Below, in pieces: positions 1-12,482 of a stretch of DNA of 64,000 bases (the first letter of the stretch is position 1; each line of letters starts with the position of its first letter). The notes under the pieces are model-generated. The model saw nothing but the letters and a program-made list of their open reading frames with translations, was not told the origin of the DNA and searched no databases. The DNA is from Perna viridis. Lineage: Eukaryota. Where the stretch lies: positions 20,832,001 through 20,896,000 of the forward strand of contig CM074513.1 in assembly GCA_037379345.1 (NCBI GenBank), given 5' to 3'. The position numbers and the translations under genes were made by a program.

Positions 1-202
1 CTATTGTTTAAGATCAAAATGGGATTTTAGATTTGTATTCAAGTATTCAGAAAAAATGCACTTCAGCAATGTGAAATAATACCATAGTTGATGTAAAATT
101 ATGACATGTAAACCTGGTTTCAGCAGTAATGAAAGCATCACTGTAGTTTCATCTCCATTATGTTAAGTTCACTCACATTTTGCACAAAATAAACAAATTT
201 TT

Positions 203-380
203 CAAGGGAACCAAGGTTTTAGTGGTAATCAAAAGAATGTAATCCAGGGACGAAGACCAGGCATGGAAAACAGACATACACAACAAAGAACATAAAGTAA
301 CAAAAATCATACATACAAAGTAACAAAAGCAAATGAGCAACTCGGACTCCACTAAAAACTGGGAGCATGGACCAGGTGCA
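203..380 (-). mobile_element. Truncated 3' end copy of the Penelope-like family
   Basis: Reverse complement matches 51013-51190 and 57460-57637; explains the near-identical spurious ORFs. Confidence 0.8.
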
Positions 381-1894
381 GAGTCTAATTGAGAATTGTT
401 CCATTCAGTCACTGCATGTACGATCTAACATCTGACTAAATGTAATAAGCGATAGGTCTAATTTTAATTAGATTGCAAAAGCCTAAGGGATGTTTCAACC
501 TCTGAAAACTTGTTCCTGGTACAGCCACTTGAAGGCAACTGATGAAACTTTGATTGTTGCCATGGAAATCAACAAATGAATTATGTCCTTTCAGTTTGGT
601 TACATGCTATACAGTATAGTGCATGTCCTCTTGTACTGTTTATACCCTTTCTAAAAAAGAAACCCATTATTGTATCAATTTCCTCCTTACTTTACAAATA
701 TTTTCCCCGTGACTTAGTCTTAATGGGAAGCATGTCTGATAATGTAATATCAATTTTCTAAAAATTATTTTAGATAGACTACAGTTTTATGGGCAAATGA
801 AGATGTTTCTGAAACTGATGTGCATTTTGATTATGTAATGAAATGAATTTTTATGTGATAGAAAATAATGCTTACCAACCACAAAGGGCATATGATAAAT
901 TGTGGGAAAAGTGTTTTCATGGTTTCTGTAAAGTACATATACAGAAAACTAGAAGTGAATAATTATTTTTTTCTTTTGCTGGTTTAGTTTGAGCTTTAGA
1001 TGAATGAATTCAAATCATACTGTAAAAAAGATTTTTTTTTAAAATTCTCTCCTGAATCTTTTTTTTTTGAAATATTTACTTTTTTCATTCATGTGAACAT
1101 TTCCAAATCATTTAGGTCCTTGTATCCATTTGCCTTTTTTTCCCATGTTTTATGATATGCATAAAAGAAAAACAAAAATTCAGACAAATTTGAAGGGTAA
1201 TAACCTAATCAGATTTAATCTCAATCAGATAAGGAATGGTTTAATGTATTCTTGTATGTCTTATAAAACACTTATAGACAAGTTCACATCAATTAACCTA
1301 GAAAACTGTTTCTGTCAAAGTTAGTACATAGACTGATATTGCTTGTAAACTAAAACTCCTTTCAAGTTTTGGCTTGCAAACCAATTGTTAAAAGTCTATA
1401 ATTGGTTAATCTATAATTTTGCACTTGACAGACTTATATCTCTGTAAACATACTAGTTTTCCTATTAAGTATTTTTAAAAGGACATTTAGAAATGTTTCA
1501 TGGTACCGGTAAATCACCTTGTTTTCTCAGTATTATAGCTTTGCACTAACAAACAAAAAGCAAAAAAAAGTTTCCTGCACAATAAAACTAGTATGGAGCC
1601 CTTACTCTCAATAGTGATTGACTGATATATGTCAGAGAAATATTCAAATGAGATAAAATTTAAGAAAGGGAATGTGGAAAGTGATTCTGAAAAAAATGGT
1701 GTCCAAATATTCAACAGTATATTGTTAATCTCGGCATGTAAATATGAATTTTGAAAGAAAACGATTTGAATCCTTCTTCCAGGGTCAAGGAAGGGTTCCA
1801 GTCAGTTTCAATTCAGTAGTATTTTAAGACTAAAACAAGGATTAAAAATACATTTTATAATATGATTTCTTAATTCAATCATTTTCAATTGCAG

Positions 1895-2044
1895 CACTTG
1901 ACCCAGAAGCAGGTAACAGCAGTAGAAAGCTTGAGAGCACAACTGGCCGAGGCCAATGAAAAGATAAACAACCTGTCTGCCGAGGTCCATGATAGAAAAG
2001 GTGGGCTGAGACACAACCAGCTAGAGGAGTTAAGAAACTTACAG
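1895..2044 (+). CDS. ARHGEF18-like: RhoGEF internal exon (coiled coil)
   Basis: ttttcaattgcag|CAC...CAG|gtaaat; 150 nt, HLTQKQVTAVESLRAQLAEANEKINNLSAEVHDRKGGLRHNQLEELRNLQ. Confidence 0.85.
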
Positions 2045-4559
2045 GTAAATACTTGAGAAAAAATTTGAAATTCAGTGATTAAATATCATATGGAATTCCC
2101 ATGGTGGTTACAACATTGCAACCAATAGCATGGTATGGCAATCCTCATAATTCTTCGATAAGTGAAGAGTTGATTGACTGAGAAAGAAACTACAGAAACC
2201 AAGAATATCCCAATAGTAAATTTGGGTATTGATATGAAAGGTCAAGGTCTAAATTAAGGTCAAATTTATGTGTGATATATGGTCTCAACATGATGCAAAA
2301 ACAGTCATATTTCACATGTATGAGAGGAAAAAGTAACGTCATTGCTCAATAAATAACCAGAAATAAGCATATAAAAATTATTAGACATGAAAGCAACATA
2401 CAATGAAAGGGTATTTTTTCTCATTTGAGACTTAAGTCTTTCTTTCATGTTTATGGCTAGCAGGATTAGTGAACCATTATTCCACTACAGTATATATTGA
2501 GATTTTTTGATCAGGTTCTTTAATATGCTGTGAATGCTTTAGTCAGCACTAAACTTGTCACACACTAACTGAGTAACAATTGAGATATGTTGTAAATGCC
2601 TTTTAACTCCTAGTCTCATAATTTGCAAAATAGATAGTAAGGCTATAACAGATTGTTTCACCCTACAGGCTCTTTGAAATTACATGCTATTTTAAAAGTT
2701 AACTAGTGTTTTATTGGTGTGATAATTGCTAAAGGTTTATTTTGTCTTAAATTATGTAATAGCTGTTTACACCTTCATTTATATATTGAAATTGCTTTTG
2801 TTTTTTTTTTTCATCTTTTGATGGGTAAATATCATGGGAAATCGACTTGGTGTACTGAACCTTCTGGTAAACTTAATTAATTATTCCAGTTTACTTGTTC
2901 TTTATTTGATCAATATGTCACAGCTTCACTGGTAGTCATTTTTTTTTCTTAAACCAAAATGTTAATTGCCGCTCGGTAACTTGTTTTCTTAAGTTTGAAA
3001 GCAATAAGATTTTCCCAACATTGTATTGTCTGTCTGCCTGTTTGTTTGTTCGCATTGAGGCAGTTTTCTCCATGCTAAAGTCTATTTCTCTTCATATACT
3101 GATCAAAAGACTTGTGAAAACTTCAAAAGGTTGAGAGCTAATGTGGATGAAGCAACATGCTCTTTGTTGAATGCTCAGCAGGGGAGATAATAAATTTTTA
3201 GGGCTTTACAGGTGATGTATTTTTTTGCAAGCATCTGTATAATAGAATGTTGATCACACAAATACATTTTGATTGCAGGAACAAATCCGAAGAGAGCGAC
3301 AAAGTTTAGAAAAGGAAAAAGAAAGAGAAAGGATGGTTATGGATCATGAGAGAACCAGTCTGGAAGAAGAGAGGAAGGAATTGGAGAAAAAAGAGGTAAA
3401 TATTCAGGGGCTGTTAAGTTGATCTGTTAAGTATGATAATTTGAGAGCTGTATGTGGTTAATAACTACTGGTATGCACTATTTTTTTTTAAAGCTAGTGG
3501 CCTAACATAGAACTAAGGAAATATAATTGATGAAAGAAGATAAATCGGAAGACACAATAAAAAGCCAAATAGAAAGAGATACTATTCTATTTGTGTTGTA
3601 TACAGAATATTTTAGTGTTATAACTATTTTTTAAAAGATAATACATCTAGTAGATCTTGCTTAAATTTGCAAAAAGAATCTGCAGATATCAGCACATATT
3701 GTATTCTGTTGACTGCTATATGTATTGTTCAGAGCAATGTTAGGTAAAACAGGAACAATTATTTTAACTGATGTTAAAACTAAACGTTGATTATAATTGT
3801 TTTGTCCTATTTTAGGCTGAACTTCAAAGTCAGCGAGATGATTTTAAGAAGAAGAAAGAAATGTTACAAAAACAGCAGGACTTATGGGAAGAAGCCCACC
3901 GAGAGGCTTTAAAAACAGCAGGTGCTGAACCAGAGACTCACGCAGATACAGGTCGAAGTTCACCTGCTTTTGCTAAACATCGTCGGTCTGCTTCTGAAGA
4001 CTTTTGTCAACTCATTGAAAGTGATATGGAAAATTTACGACAGGGACATTTAAAAACAACAAGGCGTGGAACTGATGTGACAAGATCCGATTCTAGAGCC
4101 TCAATTCCAAATGCCAGTTTTACTTCAAGTGCAAATAGACAGGGACTACCCATTCATTTAATTAGTGCTAAAAATGAAACAAAAGCACATGTGAAAAATC
4201 CTCAGCAAATACCTGCAAAACTATCAGGACAGGGCTCTTCATCATCGTTGTCAGGCATATCACAGAAACTACCATTCAAACTGGCAACTAGTAATAGTGC
4301 TGGTTCTCTAACCACAGCTTCAGGTACCAGTAGTGGGGTACAGCCTTATACCAGCAGCTCTAGTCTTAACCAAAAATCTTATACCTCCAATAGGGCAGTG
4401 CCTAATTCAAAACAATCTTCGTCATCTATGTTGACTGGTGTTATGAAACTTGCCCAACCTGGAAATAAGGGGAAACAACCCCATCACGGTTCACCCACAG
4501 ATGGTAAACAAGGATCTCCCAAGCAAGACCAAAAAGGCAGTAATATATTTTTAATTTAA
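1895..4559 (+). CDS. ARHGEF18-like: 3' part of an ARHGEF18/AKAP13/ARHGEF28-family (Lbc/Cysts-like) Rho guanine nucleotide exchange factor; join(1895..2044,3279..3395,3816..4559), 5' exons outside window
   Basis: Three phase-0 exons with canonical AG/GT join into 336 aa plus stop. Coiled coil 'RHNQLEELRNLQEQIRRERQSLEKEKERER', then 'HRRSASEDF', 'LPIHLISAKNE..QQIPAKL..QKLPFKL' and hydrophobic C-terminus 'NIFLI'. These resemble, from recall, the C-terminal region of ARHGEF18/Cysts-type GEFs. DH/PH domains are not in the window. Confidence 0.75.
3279..3395 (+). CDS. ARHGEF18-like: RhoGEF internal exon (E/R/K-rich coiled coil)
   Basis: gattgcag|GAA...GAG|gtaaat; 117 nt, EQIRRERQSLEKEKERERMVMDHERTSLEEERKELEKKE. 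Confidence 0.85.
3816..4559 (+). CDS. ARHGEF18-like: RhoGEF last coding exon (Ser-rich disordered tail, putative PDZ-binding end)
   Basis: cctattttag|GCT; in frame with the 232-aa ORF 3861..4559; TAA at 4557-4559. Confidence 0.9.
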   Translation, partial: AELQSQRDDFKKKKEMLQKQQDLWEEAHREALKTAGAEPETHADTGRSSPAFAKHRRSASEDFCQLIESDMENLRQGHLKTTRRGTDVTRSDSRASIPNASFTSSANRQGLPIHLISAKNETKAHVKNPQQIPAKLSGQGSSSSLSGISQKLPFKLATSNSAGSLTTASGTSSGVQPYTSSSSLNQKSYTSNRAVPNSKQSSSSMLTGVMKLAQPGNKGKQPHHGSPTDGKQGSPKQDQKGSNIFLI

Positions 4560-4561
4560 TG

Positions 4562-4914
4562 GTAAGTTTTTAGTTGACTCCAGGGCAGACCTTAGATTTA
4601 ATGTCAGGGAGGACATAAAGAAACCATGCTGAGCTGAAAAAGACTCAAAATATTTTTGCAAGTAAATTTTCAGGGAAAATCATGAAATGTATGGTTTGTT
4701 TGTTTGTTTTTATGTTTTTTTTTTTTTTTTTTTTTTTTCATTATATCTCATGCAGTGATAGATTAGGGAAGTGTGCATTTTATCAGGAATTTAGGTTTTG
4801 ACAACTCATATGAAAAATATGGCATAAAAACCTTCTATTTTATTTTGTGATCTGTGTCATCAATTTGCGTTTCTCTTTAAATTTTATTGAATAGTTTTTA
4901 CTTTTCCTTTTTAG
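4562..4914 (+). other. Probable 3'UTR intron of the RhoGEF gene
   Basis: TAA-TG|GTAAGT perfect donor at 4562; strong acceptor tttttacttttcctttttag| ending at 4914. Confidence 0.6.
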
Positions 4915-7900
4915 TATATGATGAATTGTGAAGTAATGAAGACCAAAAGAAAAGATCAGAAGAATTATGCAACAGCATTAAGTACCTGATGTTCTGGAAC
5001 TAAAATGAGGAATAACCTCAAAAAACCCCGGACTTGACATAAAGGTGACCTTCATAAAGGCACCAAATCTAGATTGTGACTTCGTCGTCTGCCTTCTACC
5101 AGTTTTGGCAGGGAAAAGCAGACGACATTTGTTATCCTCATACAGCCATGCAGGTCATGGTAATTGTTGGTGTTCATGATTGACATTGAGCACCATTTAT
5201 TTTATGAGAAATCATCAAGATATTTATCATGAATTTATTACAATCATTTTAGGTGATATGAAAGGAACTATCATTTTGTGCCATATATACTTCCAAAATT
5301 GTTTTTTTTTTGACAAAAAAAAAAAAAAGAAATAAATGTAGATGAATCTTTGTTTAAAAAATCCTATTGCCTTTAGAGCCAATTTTGTAAGATATTTTCT
5401 TTTTGTATTAGCTGTAGGTGAAATATTCATTGATAGGGAGACTACAGTTTCTTAATTTCAAAAGTAGTTTTTTTATGTGTAAATGTTCTCAAGTTTCGTA
5501 TTCGTCTTAGTATGCGCCTTTAGATATTTGTTGAAAGATTCTTACAAGAAAAAAGTAACAAAAGTATAGATTGTTTGAGATATATATATAACTGTATTAT
5601 TCTTTGTTAATATATATATATATATAAATCTATAGTTTTCTAATTTCATTTTTAACCCAAATTTTTTTTTGGAAAGAAATGTTTTTTAATAGAATTTCAT
5701 ATTTTGAATTTTTTAAAGTGATTCAGGAATGTTCATTCATTAATGACCTTGTTAATTAATCAAGGAATGCCCCTCTTTTCCTTTCCTTTTTTTTATGAGG
5801 ACTGCCTAACAATAAACTATGCTAGAAAAATGTCACCAGTCCCAGAGAATAACATTAAGTCTATAATGAAAAAAATCATTCATGTAAATTCTTTATTGTT
5901 AATGTTTACAAAGGAAAGAATTGAACCCAAATTTACCTTATAATCGAAAAGAATATGGAAGTAATAACCATTACAAACATTCCCAGCCTCAAAATTTGAA
6001 TTTTTTTTTTTTTTTTTTTATTTTTACAAATTTTGTTTTTATAGAAACTTTGTGGTCATCCATTCTATTTTTGTTTTTAAGTACATGTATTTCAATTTTG
6101 ATATTATGATTTGAATGTTGATTGTTGATCAAAGTGCTATCTTCAGAATTCAATGTTGTGAAATATATTTTTTTACGTTAGCTGCAAGTTTTAAGTTTTT
6201 GAAATATCACTCAATGCCATTATTCAGGTACCGAATCACCCAAAATCACATTCCACATCAATACAGATTTAATTTTAAAGCTTTTTAATGTTTAATATTT
6301 TTTTTTTTTTTAATTTAATTTTTTTTTTTATTTTAGGTTTGAAGTTTGAAATTTAGTGATAAACTATCCGAATGCTGTATATTTGTCTTTGAAATGAATT
6401 AAATACTGAATCTTATTTTCTGATTTTGGCAACAGACTTGTCATATTTCTGCTATAATTTAGTCATATTCTTTAAATTAAACTGTTCTTTTTTTTTGTTA
6501 GTTGTTGGAACAAATATTTTTCAAAACACATGAACTTTGTTTTTGGTACCTGAAGTAGTCAGAAAGCATGTCCAAAGTTCCCAGTCAGAATCTTGTCATT
6601 ATATAAAAGAAGTCTGATGAAAATTAGAAAGTTGTTGAAAAGGGCTTTAAAGGTTTAAATCGGAGAAATTTAAACTTGATAATTTTTTCTTTGTAAAAGT
6701 TTGGAATTTGTCATAGTCACTGATTAGCTTTAGGAAAGTAAACCAACTTTTTTCCAAGTGATTTATTTTCGCCTGCTTCAGTAGAAAGAGAAAACAATGA
6801 AAATGCATCACCACAAATATGTCTCTTTCTAAAATAGTACATCTTTGAGAAAGTGTTAGATGCAAAATTAATTTCAATAATAGGGAATCGGATTGACATC
6901 TTGAATTGTGAGTATAAGTATCAGTGAAAAAAGATTGGTTTACAGTAAAGCTACAAGCTTTAAAAACTAACCTATTTACGATCTGTAGTAATAATGGCAG
7001 AGACAGGTGTTAGAAATAAAATGTATGTTGTAATTTTTTGGTCATGCGAAGTATCAGATTAACATGTGATTTTAATATTTGTATGCATAATTAATTATGT
7101 AAATTGTGTTGAATTTGTATACTTAGTATTTTGTATACTAACAATTATATTTTATTCCTAAAAGTTTCTGTTTGTTAACCAACTGATACTTTGCATGGCT
7201 GTTTTAAGATCTATTTATAGAAATACATGTACATATCTTTACTTTAAATAACTGGGATAGGTTAGGAATAGAGTAGACCTAGGTCAAAGGTCAAGGTCAT
7301 TTATCAAATAGATAGTAGACTTGTAAGAGCTGATCCCTTGTCAACATTACCAGGCAACTTTTTCAAGGATATATCTTTATTACGAATTACATAATATTTC
7401 CATTTCTTGACATTGGATCAAGTTGATAAAATATATAAAGTGTCGAAAATTACATCATTTTGTGATTTGTAGTCTTTTCATCTTCTAAATACATAGCTTC
7501 CAGGTGATTTTGACTTAGTAACAATTTGTTATCTTAAGAGGCTGAATTAATTTTCTATTTTCATACATGTTATAAAATGATTACTTTTCATATTACTTTC
7601 CCTTGAGCTGAAATAAACAGTGTCATTAAGTGGGATGAACTCAAAACATAGGCTAAGTGCAATTACACCCAGAATAACCAGCTGTTGTCTTTGATCTGGG
7701 GGTGTTATGTATAGATTAAAATTAATTTAATGTGTCACCCAAACATGTAATAAACTGATATTTAATGATGTGAGAACCAATTTTATACACTACGGCATAG
7801 GTGTATTTTGTCTTTTCCACCTGTCCTAGGGTACTGCGGAAAATGATGAGCTTTCCAATGCCCCCAAAAACTTAAAGTTTTATGAACAAATGAATGACAG

Positions 7901-9280
7901 TATAGCTTTATGCAATTGCACATTTTTAGGAGAACTTTCTTAAAGTTTTCTATTGTGAATGGGTGGAAATCCCAAATTATGATTTGTCTGTAGTGTAGAT
8001 CGGGGATATATACTTTTGTACAAAGAGTCAATTTCATATGTAATAATGAGTAATCTTTGCTGTAAGGGCAAATTATGGTGATATTAAACTCTATACGAGT
8101 GACATATTAGGTTAGGATAACCTTAAACAGATGTGATTGTTTAATTCTATACTTATTTTGAATAAGTGACTTATGTACAAATAGAAAACAAGAGGTCTAC
8201 TTGCTCTTAGTCTTTATTTGACTGGTTTACTTTTCAATGTCCTCTTGTCTTGCTCTTAGAGGAACAGTCTATAAGGGCTTAGGAGTTGGTAGCCAGCCGT
8301 TTTTGTTTATGGTAGTGCAGACATTATTTTTTTCGGGTTTGTGCAAGACCAGATTAGAAATATTTTTGTCTGGTTGTTTTAACAGAAACATCATGGACAT
8401 AGCTATGCTTGATTGTTATTGGTGTAAATACATGATATTAAACATTTTCGAGACCCAGACAATTTTGGGTCATTATGAATTAACATTGTTATTTTTCCCA
8501 TGATAACTTTATACATTTTATTAATGAATGATAAAAATACTGGTTTTTAGTAAAGGTGGAAAACTAATGTATTATCTTCTTTTTCTTAATCTATTGTATT
8601 GCAAAATCTTTGCTTTATAATTACTTACCAAAAATCAAAAAAAAAAAAATAAGTATAGGACAAAACCATCAATAGGTTCAAACTGGTTGTGGTCCTCAAA
8701 TTCTGACCTTGGACCTTCGAAATTTTATCTATCTACATCTTTGACCTATAATCTTTTTTGCTGACACTGTATTTAGCACTTATTTTTCCTGGATTGGCCA
8801 TTGACTTAAAGCATGAAAAAATCCAGGAATATCCACTTTAGAAAGTATATTTAAAGCCTGCAGCCTGGAGCTAGAACATATAAACCATCCATTATTTCAG
8901 GAAAGAAAATTTAATAAAAGAACAAAAAATTAAAAATACAAACAAAAACAATAGAATGATGAAATATCATGTACTTTTATATTCATGCACACACTTAGAG
9001 CTACCAGCAATATATCCTGGTTGAAACAGACACAAAGAAATATTTTTTTAATGAATTGCACTGCAAAAAAGGATGACAAATGTCATATTGAAGTTAATTT
9101 GTGTGTTTTTGCTCGAGTTGGTTGTTTTATTCCAGGACAAATGAAAAACAGACTTACTTTGATAGAGTATCCTGATTGTTTTTCATAAAAAGTTAAGGTG
9201 TGCATTGATGCTTTGGTGCACATGTATTAAAAAAGTCAATATCAACACCATAATGTCCAGTCTCCATACCTTTGTCTTTA

Positions 9281-9522
9281 TATAGTCACCCCAGAGAGTA
9301 TAGTCCATGGTCATGGCTCACCTGGTCCTTACTCCCAGTAATTGTGTTTTGTATAGTCACTGTAGAGAGTATAGACCATGGTTATGACTCACCTGGTTCG
9401 TACTCCCAGTAACTGTGGTCATGACTCACCTGGTCCATACTCCCAATAAATGTGTTTTGTATAGTCACTGGAGAGGGTGTGTAGTCCATGGGCATGACTC
9501 ACCTGGTCAATACTCCTGGAAT
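9281..9522. repeat. ~71-bp minisatellite (about 3.4 units)
   Basis: tatagtcac..gagagtatag.ccatgg..atgactcacctggt...tactcccagtaa.tgtgttttg repeated. Confidence 0.85.
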
Positions 9523-12455
9523 AGTCTTTGTACCTTGGTCACGAATATCCTGTTCTCCATTCCAATCATTCATGGTCTCTTTACTTCTACTTCTTTATCT
9601 GCCCCTTATAGTATATATGCTCATATTTATGAAACGAGGAACTATATGAAATAGTGGTAAAAAATGGTTATCAGGTTTTATTCGGATGTCAAATTAGTAG
9701 GCGAGGGTGGATTATAAACTGTACTCATAGACTTGTATTTAAAGACTAATCTATGCTGTATCCCAGTGGTGCTGATGAATGGCAAGCTATTTTCTGACTT
9801 AGCCCTATTGTTGGAGCATGGAAGTCGGAAAGAAATTCAAACCTCTTTATGTTTTAGAAGTAATATAAACTATTCATTGAAACTCTTCGTCGTTACTTCA
9901 TAGTCTGGTTATACATTTTATTCTTGACCAAAATTACAATTACAAGCGCGTACCAATGGAGTTCTTAATTTTCTCACGACCTACATATTTCCATTGAAAA
10001 ATACCAGAACCACGAGTATGTTTCAACACGACCAGATATGGGTGTCTTGGAAAACCTGTGTCAAATATAACCTTTCCGCTTATCTGACACAAGCTGAAAT
10101 ATTTTTGGTAACCTCCCCATTGTAATAAGGCTTATGTCAACAAACGTAGTGACTTAATACCGTACTTCACATTGTACTGGTGCTCTTGGGCGTTTTTAAT
10201 GATCGACCTTTCAATGTATTCGCAAGTGGTCACGTATTGAATTTCGAAATTCCTAAAAAAAACTCCTTACAGTTTCAATGCATATACGTATGCAGAGATT
10301 TCTGATACTGCTACGATATTACAACCTGGAGTGGGCAAAATAATTTGGATTCATTTAATATGCATGTTCTTATTTCTTGTACCCTTCTGCAGCGATATGC
10401 ATTTTACTGATACTGAACTAGTATACATTGCACGACGAGTCCATTTCGTATGTAAATGATACTGTTACATGGATAATTCAACGCCACCCACATCCAAACC
10501 GAATTTCCGGACAGATATGCTTCATTTGATCACATCATCTGCTGGTTTGTTGTTTCCTTTTTCATACATTTTTCACAAAAAAGTTTTACAGATAGTCAAT
10601 CAGAATCTTATGACGTCATTTTGATAGCAATCTTGAATGGCTCTTAAATTTTATTCCAGTATGAGAAGTCATGAATTTTAAATGTGCATTCTACACTGTA
10701 TCGGATTAAAATTTGTCAACAAGAATTTTTTGGAATGGATTTTAGATTGAAAAAAAATTCTACAATTTAAAATGCTCAGGTAAATATGTTATATGTACGA
10801 CAGCAGGTACTAGTCAAGCAGTGTCGGACAACCCCACAAATCCCTTTATGCTATATCTTGCTGACTCAAAATGAAGTTTGTGTATTTATTTCTGAAAAAA
10901 AAACGTCCAACATGTACCAGAAATAGAAACATTTTGTAGACGCATAAGTTGAAAGATAACCGATTATTAATGCATGAAATACGTTGAAACATAGAAGTAA
11001 GGGTTTCTTCAAATTTTCATCAATCATCCCATTTATCACTGTTTTACAAACTGTAGATACATACAAAAAATAACACATGAGTCGGTTGAATCTTCCAGAT
11101 TTATAATTTTATCACGCCGAAACGATACAGTATCGATAGAGACAACAAAAACGTCTAACGTTTTCATCTGTCGAATGTCGTAATTATCTCTTCTTTCAAC
11201 AGCATAAAATCATTCCCAAGCCACATAGGATTAACCCCATATTTTTACACTGGATAGAGACAAAAGTTAAGCAATGCACATGTCTCCCATTTTTTGTTGT
11301 AGACGCAAAGGATGCAGTAGATGAACCTAATATATTAATACCAGATAGAGCTATAAAAGCTGGGCAATGCATCTGTCTTCTAATTTTTGTTGCATAGTTT
11401 TATAACGGATAATTTTCTCTCCTTTTTATTTGAAGTTTTTAGACCAATTCTTTGTGTTGTAGAACGAAACAACATTTGCCATTAATCGAATAGTCTAAAC
11501 TTAGACAAACGATTATTTATTGACTTGCCCATGGAGATCATTTAGCGCCTCGGGGTGATCATCCATTTACTGTCAATACATGCAAGTGCACAGACACTAT
11601 TTTTTTTTTTGGTGTTTTTAACGAGGTTATTTGACAAGTACAAATGCAAGTAATCTTAATATGGAAATTACATGTAACCATGTTTGACGAAACTTTGCTA
11701 TAGCTCAGTGATTCGTCTTGATGGTGGGAAGAAGCTCATCATGCGTGCGTTGTCACCATGAGCGCGTTGACGTTCGTAAATGAAGAGTATAAAAGGACAA
11801 AATCTTGCGTTCACCTATATCCGTCCTTGTTTCATACTTTGTGACCATTTTTCAATGCCCTTTAAATGAAACCTATAGAAAAGACTTCTAATTTTGTGGC
11901 TATTGTATTTCAGTTCGGACCTCCAACTTCTCGGCTAGTGTACATTGTCCATTTGTCCAATGTCCTTTAGAATCTAACTTAGTTTGCTTACACATCTCTC
12001 TATCCTTTATACACAGGTGTTTTTCAATCATTTAAAAGACACTTAACAGTCATATTGGTTACGCTGCCCCGGGGTAAATATTTTGTCACAAAATCGTTAA
12101 AAGTAAACATATTGTTGTGGAAATATTTTGTTTAATGATTACACAATAATATAAGCTTCGACGATTAACCCTACTCAAGTTTCTTAAGGTGAAACGATTT
12201 CTATACCCACGAAATGGCCGATCGGTCATTCTAGTCTGTACCTCTATAGTTCCGGACCTATTGTACAGATGGAAACCAACCACGATTTGCGTAGAGAGAT
12301 CCCTTGGTGTTTGAACGGTCATTGTCCAAAACAAAAGGTCGAATATATATTTTAATGGTATAGTCTAAACAAATGTTATCTTATATCAGAAACCCAAACA
12401 ACCAAATTCAATACCGCCAATCAAAGGTAAAAAAATATTATATATTTATATATAA

Positions 12456-12482
12456 ACACACACACACACACACACACACACA
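12456..12482. repeat. (CA)n microsatellite
   Basis: Seen directly. Confidence 0.95.

Noticed and set aside
173-412. Three near-identical ORF pairs (173/219 on -, 50951/51025 and 57407/57472 on +) resembling a small membrane-protein family
   Set aside because: They are translations of the T-rich non-coding 3' region of the Penelope-like repeat, downstream of its true stop.
5096-5111. Iron-responsive element in the 3'UTR hairpin
   Set aside because: Loop reads CAGTTT rather than CAGWGH, and the bulged-C/5-bp upper stem geometry is not met.
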